DNA from: Elsinoe ampelina
Lineage: Eukaryota
Reading direction: 5' to 3'
Length of the DNA: 64,000 nucleotides
Assembly: GCA_010093995.1 (NCBI GenBank)
Contig: ML992519.1
Coordinates: 101,519 to 165,518, forward strand
The notes below the pieces were generated by a model. The model searched no databases. It saw only the letters and a list, made by a program, of their open reading frames with translations, and had not been told where the DNA came from. How positions within the stretch are numbered: the first letter of the stretch is position 1; each line of letters starts with the position of its first letter. Position numbers and translations under genes: made by a program. This document shows positions 61,750 to 64,000 of this stretch, piece after piece.

Positions 61750-63093
61750 ATGACAGAATACAGCATACAGCGAGCACGTCCGCTCAAGTTCGACCAGGAC
61801 GTCCAGGTCAGAGAAACCCGCCAGGAAGACAACGTCACCGATGGCCGACCTGCAAGATCTCAACTGTCCTTCCTGGTGGGACAACTACCAGCTCTGATCA
61901 GGCACATCCCTTCATACACCAGAAGGAAGGGCGTCAAACATGTCAACCCGAAGAAACACTACGTCTGGGTCTTTGACAACATCGCCTTCAGAGCCTCGAG
62001 TACCGACAAGGAAGAGATGGCTGCCAATACTCCTCTGGAGGATTCGATGAATTCAGACAACCCATTTTTCAAGATGATGAACCGCGAGAAAGATCCCTGG
62101 CAGGTCGAATACGTCGCCGCCTTCTTCAAGAGGAAGGGAGGAAAGGAGCTGGCAAAGAGTGTTGGGCGTCTTTGCCGCGAGCTTGACGTTGAACAAGGTA
62201 GCCTGTCAGAGGATAGAGTCAGATGTCGGGTGCAGCACTTTGTCGACCATGTCTTACCAGGGCACGCTATACACACAAGTATCGGCCATGGTATTCGTCA
62301 TCTCCACGGCCCGTCATCTTCTTCTGGACTTTCGCTCACCTTCTCGACGCTTCCGACTACTGGCCGTGACCCACAGCATGTGGTCGTGAACTCATTCCCG
62401 GGCGCCAAATCAGCTCGCTGCTTCCTTGCAGGTACTACCACATTCGCCGAGCCCACTGGCTGGGGTGTCATATCCGACATCGACGACACGATCAAAGTGA
62501 CGCTCACCGCTTCATCACTGGGTGTGCTAACTACCACCTTTCTTGAGGAAGCCCGACCAGTAGCAGGAATGCCACAGCTCTATTCCTCGTTACAGACTCT
62601 TCTTTGCTCGCCGACCTTTTTCTACGTCTCTGCTTCACCATACAATCTTTATCCGTTCCTCCGAAATTTCAGAGAAGAGTACTTTCCCATGGGGCCCATC
62701 ATGTTGCGGGAGAGCACATGGCAGTCTTTCGGCGGCCTCATCTCATCTCTAATGGAGGACGTTCAAACATACAAGCTCGATCGCATTACGAAGATCCACT
62801 CTTGGTTCCCGCATCGTCGATTCATCCTCATTGGCGATTCGACCCACAAGGATCCGGAGACGTACGCAGATGTCATCAGGAAGTATGGTGATTGGGTTGT
62901 TGCTGTCTTCATTCGACGAGTGACGGGCGTCAGCGATGTTGGCAATCCACATCAGGAGGAGAAGAATAGTGACGAGAGATTTGAAAAGGCTTTCGAGGGT
63001 ATTGATACGTGGAAGTGGTTTGTTTTCGATGAGCCCGAGGAGGTGCAGGTCATTGTCAGCCAGATGGTCGATGAAGGAACATCGGTCAGCTAG
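61750..63093 (+). CDS. App1-like phosphatidate phosphatase (DUF2183)
   Basis: GVISDIDDTIK (DxDxT), YVSASPYNLY and IGDSTHKDPETY. Confidence 0.85.
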   Translation: MTEYSIQRARPLKFDQDVQVRETRQEDNVTDGRPARSQLSFLVGQLPALIRHIPSYTRRKGVKHVNPKKHYVWVFDNIAFRASSTDKEEMAANTPLEDSMNSDNPFFKMMNREKDPWQVEYVAAFFKRKGGKELAKSVGRLCRELDVEQGSLSEDRVRCRVQHFVDHVLPGHAIHTSIGHGIRHLHGPSSSSGLSLTFSTLPTTGRDPQHVVVNSFPGAKSARCFLAGTTTFAEPTGWGVISDIDDTIKVTLTASSLGVLTTTFLEEARPVAGMPQLYSSLQTLLCSPTFFYVSASPYNLYPFLRNFREEYFPMGPIMLRESTWQSFGGLISSLMEDVQTYKLDRITKIHSWFPHRRFILIGDSTHKDPETYADVIRKYGDWVVAVFIRRVTGVSDVGNPHQEEKNSDERFEKAFEGIDTWKWFVFDEPEEVQVIVSQMVDEGTSVS

Positions 63094-63451
63094 GCCAGCT
63101 GGGCTCGGATGGCGCTCGGTGTTGAAGGCATGAGTGATACCCAGACGGTTTGCGCATCTTTCTTGATGATAGCGTTTCTACAGGCGTTTCGTTCTTGCGA
63201 ACAAGAGGGAAATAATCGGGCATATCGGGACGGAAGCATCGCTTCGAACACATAGTCAACTGAGATCTGTTGCTAGTATTCTGGTAGTTATCTAATCTAC
63301 ACTCTATCTATCATCGCTCATCGTATTCGTTCAGGCTCAACACCTCTGCAGCAATGTGATTCGCTGTTTTAGTCGACCGCCTTTCTCCTGTCGTAATCAT
63401 CGTCAACTCATCTGTCCTCTGGCCATCTTATCTCGCCCAGTCCGCATATAC

Positions 63452-64000
63452 TCACTTCTTCTGCAGCAAGCTGGATCCAGTCATCTCCTCAGGGATTGGT
63501 AGGCCTATTGCTTCCAGCATCGTGGGGGCAACATCGCCGAGCACACCGTCCGTCTTCTTCAAGCTCCAGCCATCTGGTGCATTTGCCATGACAAATGGTA
63601 CTTTGTTCGTTGTGTGAGAGGTTTTGGGTGTCTTCTTCTCGGTGAGCATTTCTTCGGCGTTCCTGTCAACTGTAAGTGTCTGTCCATACCCTCCATGGCA
63701 TATTTCTTACCCGTGATCTGCCGTGATGAAAAGAATGTATCCGTGCTCTTTGCAAGCTTCGTATACCTTGCCGATGGCTTTGTCGGTTTCGGTGCAGCCT
63801 TCGATGGCGGCCTTGTAGACTCCAGTGTGACCGACCATGTCTGGTGGGGCAAAGTTCAGAATCAGAACCTCATGCGTCCCTTCCTTGATGCGCTCAGCCA
63901 TTTTCTCACCAACCGCCATGGCGCTCATGGTGGGTTGAAGGTCGTATGTGGCTACCTTGGGCGAAGGGATCAAATCGCGGTCTTCATTGTCAAATTGGAT
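63452..64000 (-). CDS. 2,3-bisphosphoglycerate-independent phosphoglycerate mutase, 3' part (runs off the window); intron about 63663-63710
   Basis: IPSPKVATYDLQP.MSA, NFAPPDMVGHTG, ITADHG|NAEEM, HTTNKVP and LGDVAPT. Confidence 0.92.

Noticed and set aside
1..64000. tRNA, rRNA or CRISPR arrays
   Set aside because: None recognised by eye; a tRNAscan/Infernal run would be needed to exclude small RNAs.

Overview
This is a gene-dense stretch of a filamentous ascomycete (Pezizomycotina-type) genome, with short GT-AG introns and about 25 protein-coding genes. Housekeeping genes include TFC4, JJJ1, UTP6, an ICT1/Pth4-like peptidyl-tRNA hydrolase, a Nab3-like RRM protein, a LETM1-like protein, a CmkB-type CaM kinase, an APP1-like phosphatase and iPGM. 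An accessory or detoxification-type block holds a HeLo-like-N/ankyrin protein, a methyltransferase, an MBL lactonase, a divergent AtrB-like ABC transporter/Zn2Cys6 pair, DUF2264, a PEP2 homolog and a PLP decarboxylase. Three pseudogene fragments cluster at 38.4-40.7 kb. The ORF-free, AT-rich block at about 48.3-58.8 kb can be read through its RIP (C>T/G>A) damage. It is a PIF/Harbinger DNA transposon (TIRs, 3-bp TSD, Myb/SANT ORF, DDE transposase) whose transposase is split by a complete 7,021-bp Ty3/Gypsy chromovirus (463-bp LTRs, ATACC TSD). That retroelement carries an extended Cys/His-rich Gag and an extra antisense ORF that de-RIPs to a Zn2Cys6-spaced motif plus a coiled coil. All family assignments are from motif recognition by eye; no database searches were run.
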